Shown: in pieces, positions 49,837-61,751 of the stretch | Numbering within the stretch: position 1 is the first letter of the stretch | Layout: the number at the start of each line of letters is the position of its first letter | Assembly: GCA_002189035.1 (NCBI GenBank) | Contig: CM007991.1 | Location: forward strand, 62,001 to 126,000 | From: Utricularia gibba | Taxonomy: Eukaryota; Plantae; Magnoliophyta | Direction: 5' to 3' | DNA length: 64,000 bases | Position numbers and translations under genes: made by a program | The notes under the pieces: generated by a model | The model's input: only the letters and a program-made list of their open reading frames with translations | The model's database searches: none | Told to the model about the DNA's origin: nothing

Positions 49837-51333
49837 ATGGCTGAACGGTAATCTTATGGGGATTTCGTAATCTCCGTCGTTTCTTCCCGTTGCTCGTATG
49901 GGTGTTTGTGGTATCCAAAGAATGATTTTTGTTAGTTTTTATGTTTTCTGTTGATGAATCTGTTGTTGTTTACTTTGTTTTTTTCAGCTGAACGCTGTGA
50001 AATAATGGCATGATTGTATATAGATTTAGGATTCTTGGGGACTGGAGATGGCCTGGCTAGGGACGAACCCTTGGTTTTATCACCATTTATTTGATGATCT
50101 GGTTGCTGTTTGATTTGAAACTGTCTAGCTTCCAAAATGTTCGTGTCTTTTACTGCTTTCCTTTAAATTTCTACCATGAAAAATGTGGTATGAACACCAC
50201 CCTGAAATGAATGAGAAATAAAGTAGAGCATTGATCTATGCAATGTCTATCCCTCTTTCAGGGTTCTCTGCAAATTCTTTGCTCGTTGGGAATGTTTAAA
50301 GGGCGAGCAGTGTGAGTTCTCACACTACTGGAAGGTTCCAGCTAACAATGTAAGCTGCTTCTGAATTTAAGAATTTTCTTCTTGACATAAATATCAAAGC
50401 ACGCCTTTTTATCTGCAGGTATGTATATTCTACCAAAAGGGTGCGTGTGCTTATGGTAGCTCTTGTAGTTATGAGCATATAGAAGTTTTCCAATCGCCTT
50501 CCTCGGCTCAACTGGCACCCGAAACTCAAGTAAATGTTGAGGACATTGTTGAAGATGTGGAAGAGGAGCATTCTGCTTCTGATATGTCTTCTCCATCCCC
50601 AGCATTGCGTGGTATGGATGCCTCTGGAAGTGAGCAAAGGCAGAAGCATCTTGATGCACTTAGGCGCAGTCAAGAAATAGAGTGTTGTGTGTGTTTCGAG
50701 CCTGTCCTATCGAAGCCTACACCATCAGAAAGGAAATTTGGGATTCTATCAGAATGTGATCATTCTTTCTGTATCTCCTGTATAAGGACATGGCGTGGTA
50801 GTTGTCGATCATCTGGTGTGAATGCCAGTTCGGCCTCAAGGGCTTGCCCGATGTGTCGAAAAGTATCATACTTCGTCATCCCCAGCATGACATGGTACTA
50901 CTCAGAAAACGAAAAGCAGCAAATAGTGGACAGCTACAAGAGAAAACTAAAGTAATATGTCACCTCTCTTCCTGCTCTCCAGCGCTCCTGTTCACCTTCA
51001 GCATTGAAGCTCATCTGTTTGTTATTCTCCAGGACCATTGACTGCAAGCACTTCAACTTTGGAACTGGAAAATGCCACTTTCGGATGCACTGTTTTTATC
51101 GGGTAAGATCCTTTTATCTCGAACATGAATGTTTGTTGACATTCGAACTCACACCCTCTGCCTATGTTAACCCATCCCTGCGTATGCTTGAGCAAGATGA
51201 TCTTTTCCGAACTCAGTAGCAAGCTATCCCTCATGCAATCTTATATGCTGCATGAGTGTTGCTGGATGTCCATGCGACCATGCACTTGCTGATTTCCTGC
51301 ATCCCCTGTTTCCAACAGCATGCTTATGGATAA
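49837..51333 (+). CDS. MKRN: Makorin-type CCCH/RING E3 ligase, shortened; exons 49837-49847, 50262-50349, 50419-50951, 51033-51102, 51319-51333
   Basis: MAER|[21 protein letters not shown]...|[20 protein letters not shown]; C3HC4 RING CCVC...[12 protein letters not shown]...ACPMCRK; C-terminal CKHFNFG...CHF...CFYR|HAYG*. The last micro-exon is inferred. Confidence 0.82.
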
Positions 51334-51704
51334 CCGGATAGGAGCAGCCACTTTTACTCTGGACTCAGTCCAACCAAGATCTAAGAGTGTGGGCTGGTCA
51401 AATTTTTGTAACTTAATGTGCCTTTTTATTCTCACTGTCAGTTAACTTGTACATATTTTATTTATTAATTTGAACTAAAATATGACCATAAAATAAAACG
51501 GGTCGAATATTCCTTTAGAAAGAAAAAGAATAAAGTAATTAAAAGTCAATTATTAATCTCTAAAAAAAAAGTTCACCCGCTGGCCCCTACTACACACAGC
51601 ATGTATGAAACAAGGAGCAGGTATTGATTCGTGTATCAGAGGCCAAAACTGTGGTGCATCATGTCTCTGAACACCGGTTTCTGCTCCGCCTGAGCAGTGA
51701 GTTC

Positions 51705-54700
51705 TCACAAATGATCCTCGTCCTCATCCTCGTCTCCACTGCTTGATTCCACGGCATCGCTGTCGTCTTCCTCCACCCCCTGCGCCAGAATCTCCAAAAT
51801 GCCACCACCATCGAACCCAATGTCATTCATGAGGAAGTCCCCATCTTCTTCTTCGTCATCGAAGTCACTTGCGCCGCCGTCTTCATCGGCATCACTATCA
51901 CCATTCTCGTCGATGTCGACGTCCAGGACCGAATCGTCGTCACCCTCATCATCCTCTTCCTCTTCTTCACTTTCCGCATCGTCTGGGTCAGAGTCGTCAT
52001 CTGTCGGCTTTCTCCTTCCGATTTCGTACACCCGGACGAAAGAACACATGCCATCCGGCTCGTCATCCACAGTGATTAAACCAACAAAGGAATCTGTTGG
52101 TTCTGCAGCTAAATCAAGCACGCATCTGTCGGCTGAAATTGTTGCAATATCTGAGTAGTTAACTGCATCCACTGTACGAAAAGCAGAGTACAGAGGATGC
52201 TTCTGCCGACGGCTTCTGAATGCAGAGTGCATATCCTCAACCCTCCTCTGGATCGCGTAGATGACATCCCCAGTGGAATTGAATGTTATTTCGGTGTTAG
52301 ACAACGATGGCACGGTCTGCAGAAGCCCGAACTTGCGCAAATCCCACACATCTTTGTCTATAATGACCTGCAGATGTTTCCTCATTCAGAGTAGGAAAAG
52401 ACAAGTCGCCAACATGGCAAGCTGATAAGAATGAAACAAGGAGGCGTACCTGATTCCTGGTTGGGTGAAATCCCCCACCACCATAACTATCAAACTTGTC
52501 GAAACGATACACAGGCTTTGGCTGCCTATAATCCCACAACACTCCATTCCACAGAACACTAGAAGAGTCTTGGCTAAAGTGAATGAGAGAATGCGGACAG
52601 TAGGTGCTGGATGTATCCTTCAGTGTCACATCCAGCTGACAAGTATGAACATCATACAGAAGTATCTCGCCACTGTGTATATCATGCCGTAATGCTGCAA
52701 ACATTGAACCAGAATTATTGAATCTTGCAGCTTTAATACCGTCAAATGTATGCTTGGGTCCTCCAGAGACTGAGAGTGCATCCCATAATCGAACTTCAGC
52801 TTCACTTGACGAGAGCAGCAGTTCAACTTCTCCAGAAAAATGGGACTGGAGAAGAGTTACAGGGGATTGATGGCTGGTGTAACTGTCCAGCAGATTGTTG
52901 GTATTGGATTCAAATACCTTCAGCTCACCACTTTCTCCAGCAACAGCAATTTTAGAAGAATCCCCGAGAAAAGTTATGCAAGTCAAGAAAGTAGCACCAT
53001 CATCTCGGGACGTTCTCCACGGCCTGAATCTACTGTATACAAAGTGGCGATCCTTTCGCTGTCCATGTAGACAACCATACATACTTCTAAACTCACGCAT
53101 ACTGAGCCGAGATGTGACATTTGATGGAGCATCGAAACCTCGCCTGGATTCAGGACAAACATGTGGGTGCAGAAGTGAAAATGGGGGTAAAGTTGTGATT
53201 GGAGAAGGGCACTGCCGGTGTTGATGCTTCAAACACTGAACAACAATAGATTCCAAAGTTTGCCTTTCTGAGCCACAGTGTTGTTGATCGTATGTAGATG
53301 CCTGCTGAGAAGTGTTGCTGACTAGCTGACTTCCATCAAGATTAGAAACCAAAGTATTTGACAAAGGTCGATTTACTTGATCTTTCACCAACGGTGATGG
53401 AGCTAGGGGTTTCGCATCCATCTGCAAGCTGCTTTTACACACAGAATTTGGCGATATAGATTTCATCAAATGCTCACCAGTTGCTGGCTTTTTTGCTGAA
53501 GGAAGAGGCCCACCATCTCTCATTTCAGCCTTCCGCTTCTTTGGCAATGACATTGGTGTCTTAAACTGAACACCCTCATCTACGCCAGGTTTTATTGGAC
53601 TGACTGAAACAGGCCATTTAGCATCAGTCGCCACAGGAGCATCCTGAGAAATGGCATTTCTGGAAAATTTAGATAGTACGGGACTGTCTTCTAATCTCAG
53701 TTGGAGCTTTAGATGACCAGAAACAGCTGATGCAGGCAAGTGTTTTTTCCTCGAAGAAACTAGGAGCGAATCACAACTCCCTTTAGGTTTAGGCTTATCC
53801 ACCAGGAACCCTGAAGCAGCCCGACCAGATGGCAATGGAACTTGTAGAGCTGAATTTTCAGGCTTAGAGCATGGATGCACTGATGATGATTGGGAAGGCA
53901 GAGGTGTCAGATTGGATTCTTTGAGAAGCACTGCTGCACTATGCGGACAACCAACTGCTTGCAAGTGCTCATGAATAAGGAGCAGAAGTTCCCTGGAAAA
54001 AAAAAAAATGAATGCTCATACTGAGTACAATGCAAAGTAAATAAAAAAAAAATTCAAAATCTTACTTTGAATCGTAAGTGATAGGTGTGGCAGCAGTTAT
54101 GGCATCTCTTTCAATACGTCTTAGTGTTGGGGTAGCAGCATCATTTGCTACCAAAGTGCTTGCACGACCAGAATTAGTAATGACCTTCAAATCATCAAAA
54201 TTTTTAACAACTTACATATATTAGTATCTAAATAAATGGAAATGATCAGCGCCCAGATCCCGAGTCTAAGAAAGATTGCACAGAGCAATCAACACTTTTG
54301 CATAGAAGAAAGAGTGACAAGCAATAATAATCCGCGTTCTAACTAAAACATTACCAGCCATGAAAAAAAAATCAGTAAAATGCTAAATCAAACAGATTAC
54401 AAACGAATGTTAAAAGATTCTTTCAGGTGCGAGCTTACCCCAATCAGCTCAACAGCAACTTGGGCAAGCTCAGATTGCCACCTGTTTTGCTCACCACTAG
54501 ACGTCTGGTTCCCAGAATCTCGAATCAGTTCTGAAAGCTTCTCCCGAACCTGTATGACAAGGTTTATCATGTGGTATGTGCGCAAGTTTAACTCGATGAA
54601 TGTAAAGAAACCACTACCCACCTGAAGAATATCAAGCATGCGTGCAATGGTATCATCCCTTGCTAGACCAAGAAGCACACGGCAAGTCAAAGCTCGAAGA

Positions 54701-57700
54701 CAGTCAAGTGCAGCAGGAGATTTTACCATCTGAGGCTGAATAAGCCTTAGGAGAACGCCTATACCATCATTTGCACGAACAGCATCTCTAGCTTGCCGAT
54801 AGCCTTGTTCTATCTGCGCAGAAAGCCCAGCAAATCGTGCTCTAGCACCCAAAGATATACGGCCATCACCGACTAGTCCAGATGGCACTGTCAAAGTAGA
54901 CGGCTCTGTAGGATCACCCTGGCTATGGTTATTGACAGGCTGCCCGGATACATTTCTCTCGATGATTTTATCCCTAGATTCCAAAATAGGAACATTTCCA
55001 CTTTGTGAAGCAGCAGCATGCTGACTTTGCAGAATGTTACTAGGTTTATTGCTGATAGAGGGAGGAGGGCAAACAAGATTTATCAGCACATTTAGTGCTG
55101 GCACAACAACCTGATATCCGGCAGGAATTTTTAATCAGCAACAAAAGAGCCTTACGAATAAAACATAACTGCATAAGGATAATTACCTCAGGCTCAACGC
55201 AACCAGCAACATTTGCAAGATCCAAAATTACTGCTATGCCAATTCTACCATTGCTTAGTGTGGCATTCACAATAGGCTTACGGCTATAAAACGACAAGGT
55301 GACAATGTGCAGTACACCGAGTGCATACTCAAGTAAACCATGCAAGTATCCCTCAACCGGTGGAGCCTATGATAAGAAAAGAAAATTGTTTCTCACACCA
55401 TGATTAGTTCAATAAGGAGGAAAAAAATTAAAGTTAGCAATAGATAAGACTGGGGTACGTTTACAGACCTGACACAACTCCAGCATGGTAATATGACCGC
55501 TTGAAGCAAGAAATCGGTCAACTACATCCCAAGGAGTCCTCACAAGCGCAGGGCCAAGTTTCCTATCCTTATGTATTTGACGAAACAGTGCACTCATTGC
55601 CTCATCACTTATGTCAAGTGGCTTACAGGAAACATTTGGCATGTTTCTTGGTGCATGCCGAACATTTTTTGATGGCCTTATGGTATCAATGAGCAAGAGA
55701 AGATGCGCTTGGAAATATCGACTTAGTGCAAGACATGTATGATAGGCAATTTGTTTCTCAGAGGAGGTCAGAACCACTGCAGGAGAACGGTCACTTCTAA
55801 GTGAGGCTCGGTTATCTGATGGCCCCGAGCAACACCAGATCTAACCAAGGCAGCCTCATGCAAAAGTGAGAGCAACTTTAGCAGACCATTCTGTTTATCA
55901 AATGCATCAATGACGGGTCTGAAAACAAAAACAGCAAAAAAGAACAAAGAGGCATTCTTCCTTGCTGCAGGGTCCTCACACTCAAGCAGTTGAAGAGCCA
56001 ATCGAACGAATTGATAAACTACATTTGAAGAGAGGGCGCACACACGCTCCATTATCCCTGCACAGTGGACGTGAGAAATAAAACAATCTCTTCATAAAAA
56101 AATATATTAATAACCAAATCGTAGGAATTCAATTATTAAATCACCCTACTATTTAGTAGAGCGTATAAATAGTAAGAGACACTACAATGTGAGCTTGCAA
56201 AGAACCATGATTTACTAATAAAATCTAAATCATACAATACGAAACAAGAATGGAAGGAAAACTAGGAAACGAAATATACCTGACTTGACCCAACTGCCTG
56301 CAAGCAGGAAGACAGACCAGAAAATGTCTCGGATGTTCTTGGCACATTCAGGAGTCTTTGAATCCCACCACCATCAACAAACGATGCAGCGAAATTCCGG
56401 TGAGTAGCCAAGGCAGAAATTAACTTCAAAATATCAGGCAAGAGGGTCACTGAATTCAGTTTCACTTGGTCCTTGGAATTGTTAACCAGCAATGAAAGGC
56501 ACACATCCACTCCCATTTCATGCAGTACTGGGCCAAGAACTTCAACATACCCGCCAACAGATCCGAGACATTGGATACAAAACTTCTCCCTCAGTTTTCC
56601 TAAAGTGTAACTATCTGGAATGTAAAATTCAGTATCTTCTTCAAATGCAGGTTCAGCAGGTTTTAGATTTCCAGAATCACACTCAGTATTGGTCGAGTTT
56701 CTAAAAACAGAAGCAAGCACTGATCAGAATAACAAGCCAAAAAAATGAATAGATATAAATACCTCTTGCAATCCAGGAAGGAGTGACCTCATGAGGTATA
56801 AAAAAATGCCAACCTGGAAATATAAACAGCACCAGCAGCATCTATAACAGAGGTTGCAGCTCTCGATGCAGCAGCAACAGCAGCCTCCTCATCATATGAT
56901 TTAGCATATTCCTGAATTGACGCAAAAACCACTTGGTAAAAGATTAATAGACATCGATAGACAAAAGACAAGGGAGCTGACCTCCAATGCAACACTTTTA
57001 ACCATCTCAGCAGCATCATCACCTGCCACCTTAATGGCCTCTGCAGAAGCATTGGCTTCTCTCGCTTCAGCTTCTGCTGCTTGCACAGCTTTTTTCACCA
57101 AGTCACTAATGTCTTTGGATCCAACTTTACATCCTTGAAAACAATCATCATTTTCATGTCTTCCAGGGATAGAGCACTCAATTTTACTAGCATTCCAGTC
57201 ATTACACTTTGAATCTCCTTTTAAATCCAGTTTATTAGTAGCATTCTTAACTTCAGCAGTTTGCACAAGCCCTGCTGTACCACAAGGCGGAGCCAATGGC
57301 AGCTCACTCTCAAGCAAGAATTCGTTGGGCTTTGATTTTCCATGTGACCTTGAAATCCCACGAACTGATCTTCTTCTCAAAGAGCCACCCATCAGATTTT
57401 CATCCGATTCCTCATTTTCGCCAAAGTGATCATAAGAATCAACCTTATGCACTTCACCATCAGGACCTTCTTCATTGGCACGTGGTTGCATACTGAGACA
57501 CCTCTCATTGTCCCCAACAGCATTGTCCAGTTGGAAGGGGTCCCTGCCATGATCCTTGTGCAAGTGTAGTCTTGAGGTCCCTGCATCTGAGGGAGAAGTC
57601 TCTGATCCTGAGCGCAACCTCACCTTTGCCTCATCTCTGGTTCTTTGACAAGCCACATTTGCATGTATTTTACGAATCAATTGACTCCCCTCCTCCTGAT

Positions 57701-59257
57701 GAGTGCTATTGCCACCCAAAATGCGAAGGCGCAGATACCGCATTAGCTTAGCTGATAAGCCAGAAGTAAGGACATCTTCCACAAGTTGGTCAAAACTGAA
57801 ATCATAAGGATATCATATAATTTTTTATGGAAAAAAAAACTCAGAAAAAATACAGTAGGAGAAAACACCAAAGTTCAAGAACATGCCATTCCAAGCATAC
57901 AGCAAGAAGCCCAATAGAGTATGTCAGTAGCATTTCAGAATCTTCCGTCTTCTGTTCATTTGTGTTTACATTGATGTTATGCTCATCATTTGATGACAAA
58001 GTTATCCCTTCCATCACCCAGCCTCTTATGTTAGCCAGAACATCATCATCGAAGATATGGGATACTGCACAGGGAATGCATATTTATCTACATCAGATTC
58101 ATCTGAATAAGAAAACAAGACAAAGAAAATCCTATAGCTGATTATTATTCGTTTTAATATGACACAATGGACAAGCTTGCCATTGGTATACCATCCAGGT
58201 TGGTGAGCAACTGACAAGAAGCCTCACAGAAGCAGCCCGTACAGAAGCTGAATATGTAGTCTCAGTGAGAAACTTTGAAGATATCAGCATAAAAAATTCA
58301 TCATTGTCCTGTAGAAGGGAAAAGGGAATATTTACAAACAGAACATGAATATGCCCACATTCAAAGCACTATTTTCCTACATCACTCTACAAACCAAATA
58401 AGACAGCCACACGGCCTTTCACGGGGTGGAAATACCATCAATAAGGGGAGGAGAAATGGCAAAAAAAAAACCTATTACCCTGATTAGATTCCCAAGTTGT
58501 CCGACAATGTGGGAAGACCGTCCACTACTTGATGATGAATCTGCTGCATCTTCCAAGTATCTAGAAAAACAAGTTACAGACAATAAAAAAAAAAACTAAA
58601 AAACTAAAAATCTTGGGGAAAAGGTGACATCACAAGTCATTTATTGACTGGTATTGAAAAAGAGCTTTATTGAAAAAAAAGCACACATGTGGCGTTCTTG
58701 TTTCACTCATCACAACTTATAATTAGACGTCCAACAACTAACAAAATGACAAATAAGAAGCTTCTTGCTTGAGGAGAAGGTAGCGGGTGCATAAGAACCC
58801 CGTGAACTCATTCAAGGCGAAATCCCAGTGCATGCAACCTCCTAATACACTTATGCAGTTTTCCTTTATGACGATCATTGATGGAACCAGGGGCCTTTTC
58901 CTTATCACCCCAAAAAACAAATATCCAAACATCACCCCACCACATCGCCCCCACGACAAAAATGCAATAATAACGCCAATTAGACGCATGTATGCAAGAA
59001 TTTTAAGTGAAAAAACATCCAATCTCTCATGCACATCATGAGGACAACCTGGCCTCCTGAGTCTCCAGAAGAGTGGACAGAGCATGAAGCACCTTCGGGT
59101 TCGGGTTGTCTGCATTCCCTGTTATTCTTTCAATCAAAGAATGCGCCTTCGCGATGACTACATCATTTTCCAGCTCTTCATTCTGCAGCCTTTCTTCAGT
59201 CGACTCGGGATTAACTTCGTCCTGTGGCTCCATCAAGCCTTCCACAGGACTCTCCAT
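51705..59257 (-). CDS. DCAF1: DDB1- and CUL4-associated factor 1 (VprBP homologue); two apparent -1 frameshifts and one GC-AG intron
   Basis: NPNPKVLHALSTLLETQE; VEDVLTSGLSAKLMRYLR; YVEVLGPVLHEMGVDVC; TSSEKQIAYHTC; LisH-like ELLLLIHEHLQAVG; RKDRHFVYSRFRPWR; WD40 region; acidic tail YEIGRRKPTDDDSDPDD. Confidence 0.93.
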
Positions 59258-59859
59258 CACGATGATCACTTCACAGAGCTACAATCAAGCATTAAAACGA
59301 GAAAAAAACTGTTTACTGCAAGCTTTCCGAGTACTAGAAATGTCTTAAGATGACCGAGATATGATGATTTTAGTCACTAGAAATTAGAAAGAAAGCACGG
59401 CAATAATCGAGATATGCTTTGCACATCCACAAATTTCTGCAAATTCAAAAAAGTTTCCTCACCCCTTGATTTTGGCTCGTGCGGCTCCAACCTAGAGAGT
59501 GGGGTTTGATGGTGGAACTCTGGCGAATTTGAGATCTTTTTTATTTTTCGACGAGAACCTGCTCTCGGATTCTCGCGTCGCGTCTTCAAGGCAGGCGCTC
59601 TGCCTGAAAAGAACAAAAAAAAACAACAGAAAATGGAGAAAAAGAAGAAGAAGCTAGCTTCATCAATTTGATTTAACCCTCGTTCTGCAAAATGGACTAA
59701 TCGGGCCCATATCCATTAACCCAGCCCAACAACAAACCAAGGAAGGTCTAAATCTCCTTCTCTTTCAGTCGGGAACCGGCCCAATGTTCATCATCTTTCC
59801 CAAAATAGACAACCGTTGATAATGGCCGACATTATTTCCACAAATAGACAACAAAAGAC

Positions 59860-59868
59860 TATATTAAA
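59860..59868 (+). promoter_or_regulatory. Probable TATA box of the AG-peptide gene
   Basis: TATATTAAA about 65 bp upstream of the ATG at 59932. Confidence 0.4.
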
Positions 59869-59931
59869 AGGCTCCAAACACCCATCGATGGAAGCACAAC
59901 GCCAGCACACACAACGTAAAGATCCTGTTCA

Positions 59932-60093
59932 ATGGAGACGAAGAAGATGGTCATCATCGCCCTGTTGGCGTTCGCCATCGTGAACGCTGTGGCTGCTCAG
60001 GAGGCGGCACCAGCCCCGTCGAGCGCTGCCACTGCCGCCGTGTCGTTCATCGGGGCCTCCACATTGACACTGCTTCTTCTTTACATGCGTTAG
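59932..60093 (+). CDS. Arabinogalactan peptide (AGP12/13/14/21-like), 53 aa, intronless; below the ORF-track cutoff
   Basis: METKKMVIIALLAFAIVNAVAAQEAAPAPSSAATAAVSFIGASTLTLLLLYMR*: signal peptide, a short AP-AP-S mature core and a hydrophobic GPI-type tail. Confidence 0.88.
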   Translation: METKKMVIIALLAFAIVNAVAAQEAAPAPSSAATAAVSFIGASTLTLLLLYMR

Positions 60094-61751
60094 CTGCTTC
60101 AAAGACCTTCATAGAAATGAAAATGCCGGGTTGCACCTCAACACACCCAATTCATTCATATCAACCATTCAGAGCACATCCTCCTTTTTTTGAATTTATT
60201 TTTTAAAAAAATGTTAAAAAATAAATTAAGTGGGGGAGCCACTCAATCACAATGTCACAAATCTTGGATACACTATTCAATTAAGCCAGCATGTTGATTT
60301 GAAGTTGAAGTGAAAAAATGAGAAGTAATTTTTATAATTAAACGGCACATTTAATTAGGTTTATCAATAATTATATTTTATAAATCATTTACATAATAAA
60401 TCTTAAAATTTTATTCTATATTATCTTTTAAAGAATGGCAATAATTGCAACTCTTCATAAGAAATAATTTTTGATAAAAAAAGATATTCTTTTTAATTTC
60501 TATTAGAATTGAAATGATTCTTAAAAAATTATTTTCGATAAAAATTGAATTGAATAAATATTTAAAAAGTATAAGCGATTTTTGGAACAAAATAGATAAT
60601 TTGAAGAGGGAGTTAATTTTACAAACGTGACGTAAATTAATCATCCAAATTTATAACTTCCCATACCAACCAATTCATTGAAGCTACTGTGCAATGTTAT
60701 AACTCAGATTGTGGTCGTGAATTGAGACAAGAACACCGTCAAATTCCATCCATATCTCTGTCCTAGGGAATCATGGTGTTTGTTGGAGTGAGATGGTCTG
60801 GCCCAATGAGCGATCCTTGTCGCGGTCTCTGAACTACCGCCACCGCTTTCATAATTCGGATGGATATGGGAAAGACGTAGCAGACACCCCAGAAGCTTAT
60901 CCCATCTCGGGAAAAACCCCAACTCCCTCATCTGCTGCGAAAAATGTGAAACTTTCCCTGGATCGATTCATCACCAAGCATTACCTCACAGAGTACACAA
61001 ATGAAAAATGCAATCAGGTTGCTTCGCTGACTCAACTTGTTACTGCCATCCACTCTCTAAGTCTTTTTACTGTAAACACATGTAAACAGGATCAGATTAC
61101 TGAATGAAAAAAATATTGATGTGGGCAATGGGGTGATTGATTGCTCCTTGACAAGAGGTACTATACAATTTTTAAGGAAATTTTGTCAGCTGCGTCGGCT
61201 CCTCATGAGGCATGTCATGTGGTGGGGGCTCAGAAGACGTGTAGACAGACGTATCTTTTCATTTCCCCCCAAGAGGAGAGATGCAGCAATATCTTTCAAA
61301 GTGCACAGAGCCGTTAATGTTTCCAACTGCCGTCTTCCTATTCTTCTGAATCCACTCCCTGACATGCATTTAAGACACATGCTTGTCTCCCTGGCGCGCA
61401 TTTGCAACCCCAAGATATTCAATGATCGGCAACTGGTAGAGGGTCTGGTCTAAATCCCCACCAGCGCTCTCAACTAAACACGAATCTGCAATTTTATTCA
61501 TTAATTCGACAACCCAACTGACCTCCAAAACCCTACTTTCCTTTTTTCTTCGATTTCCTTCAATCAGTAGTATCCAATAAACAGGTGTAATTTTTTTTTT
61601 ATCTTCATTCCAAGATATCATGTATATGTATATGTATGCGTTCTGGAGTTTGGGTTTCTTTAATGTCAACACGTCCGCATGTTCTTCATCTCTCTTGGTC
61701 ACAGCTTGGTCTTAACTTCATCCTATCCTCGGTAGGCCTCTCACCAGCAGG

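Noticed and set aside
51799-52158. Ser-rich + strand ORF
   Set aside because: It is the antisense reading of the Asp/Glu-rich DCAF1 tail.
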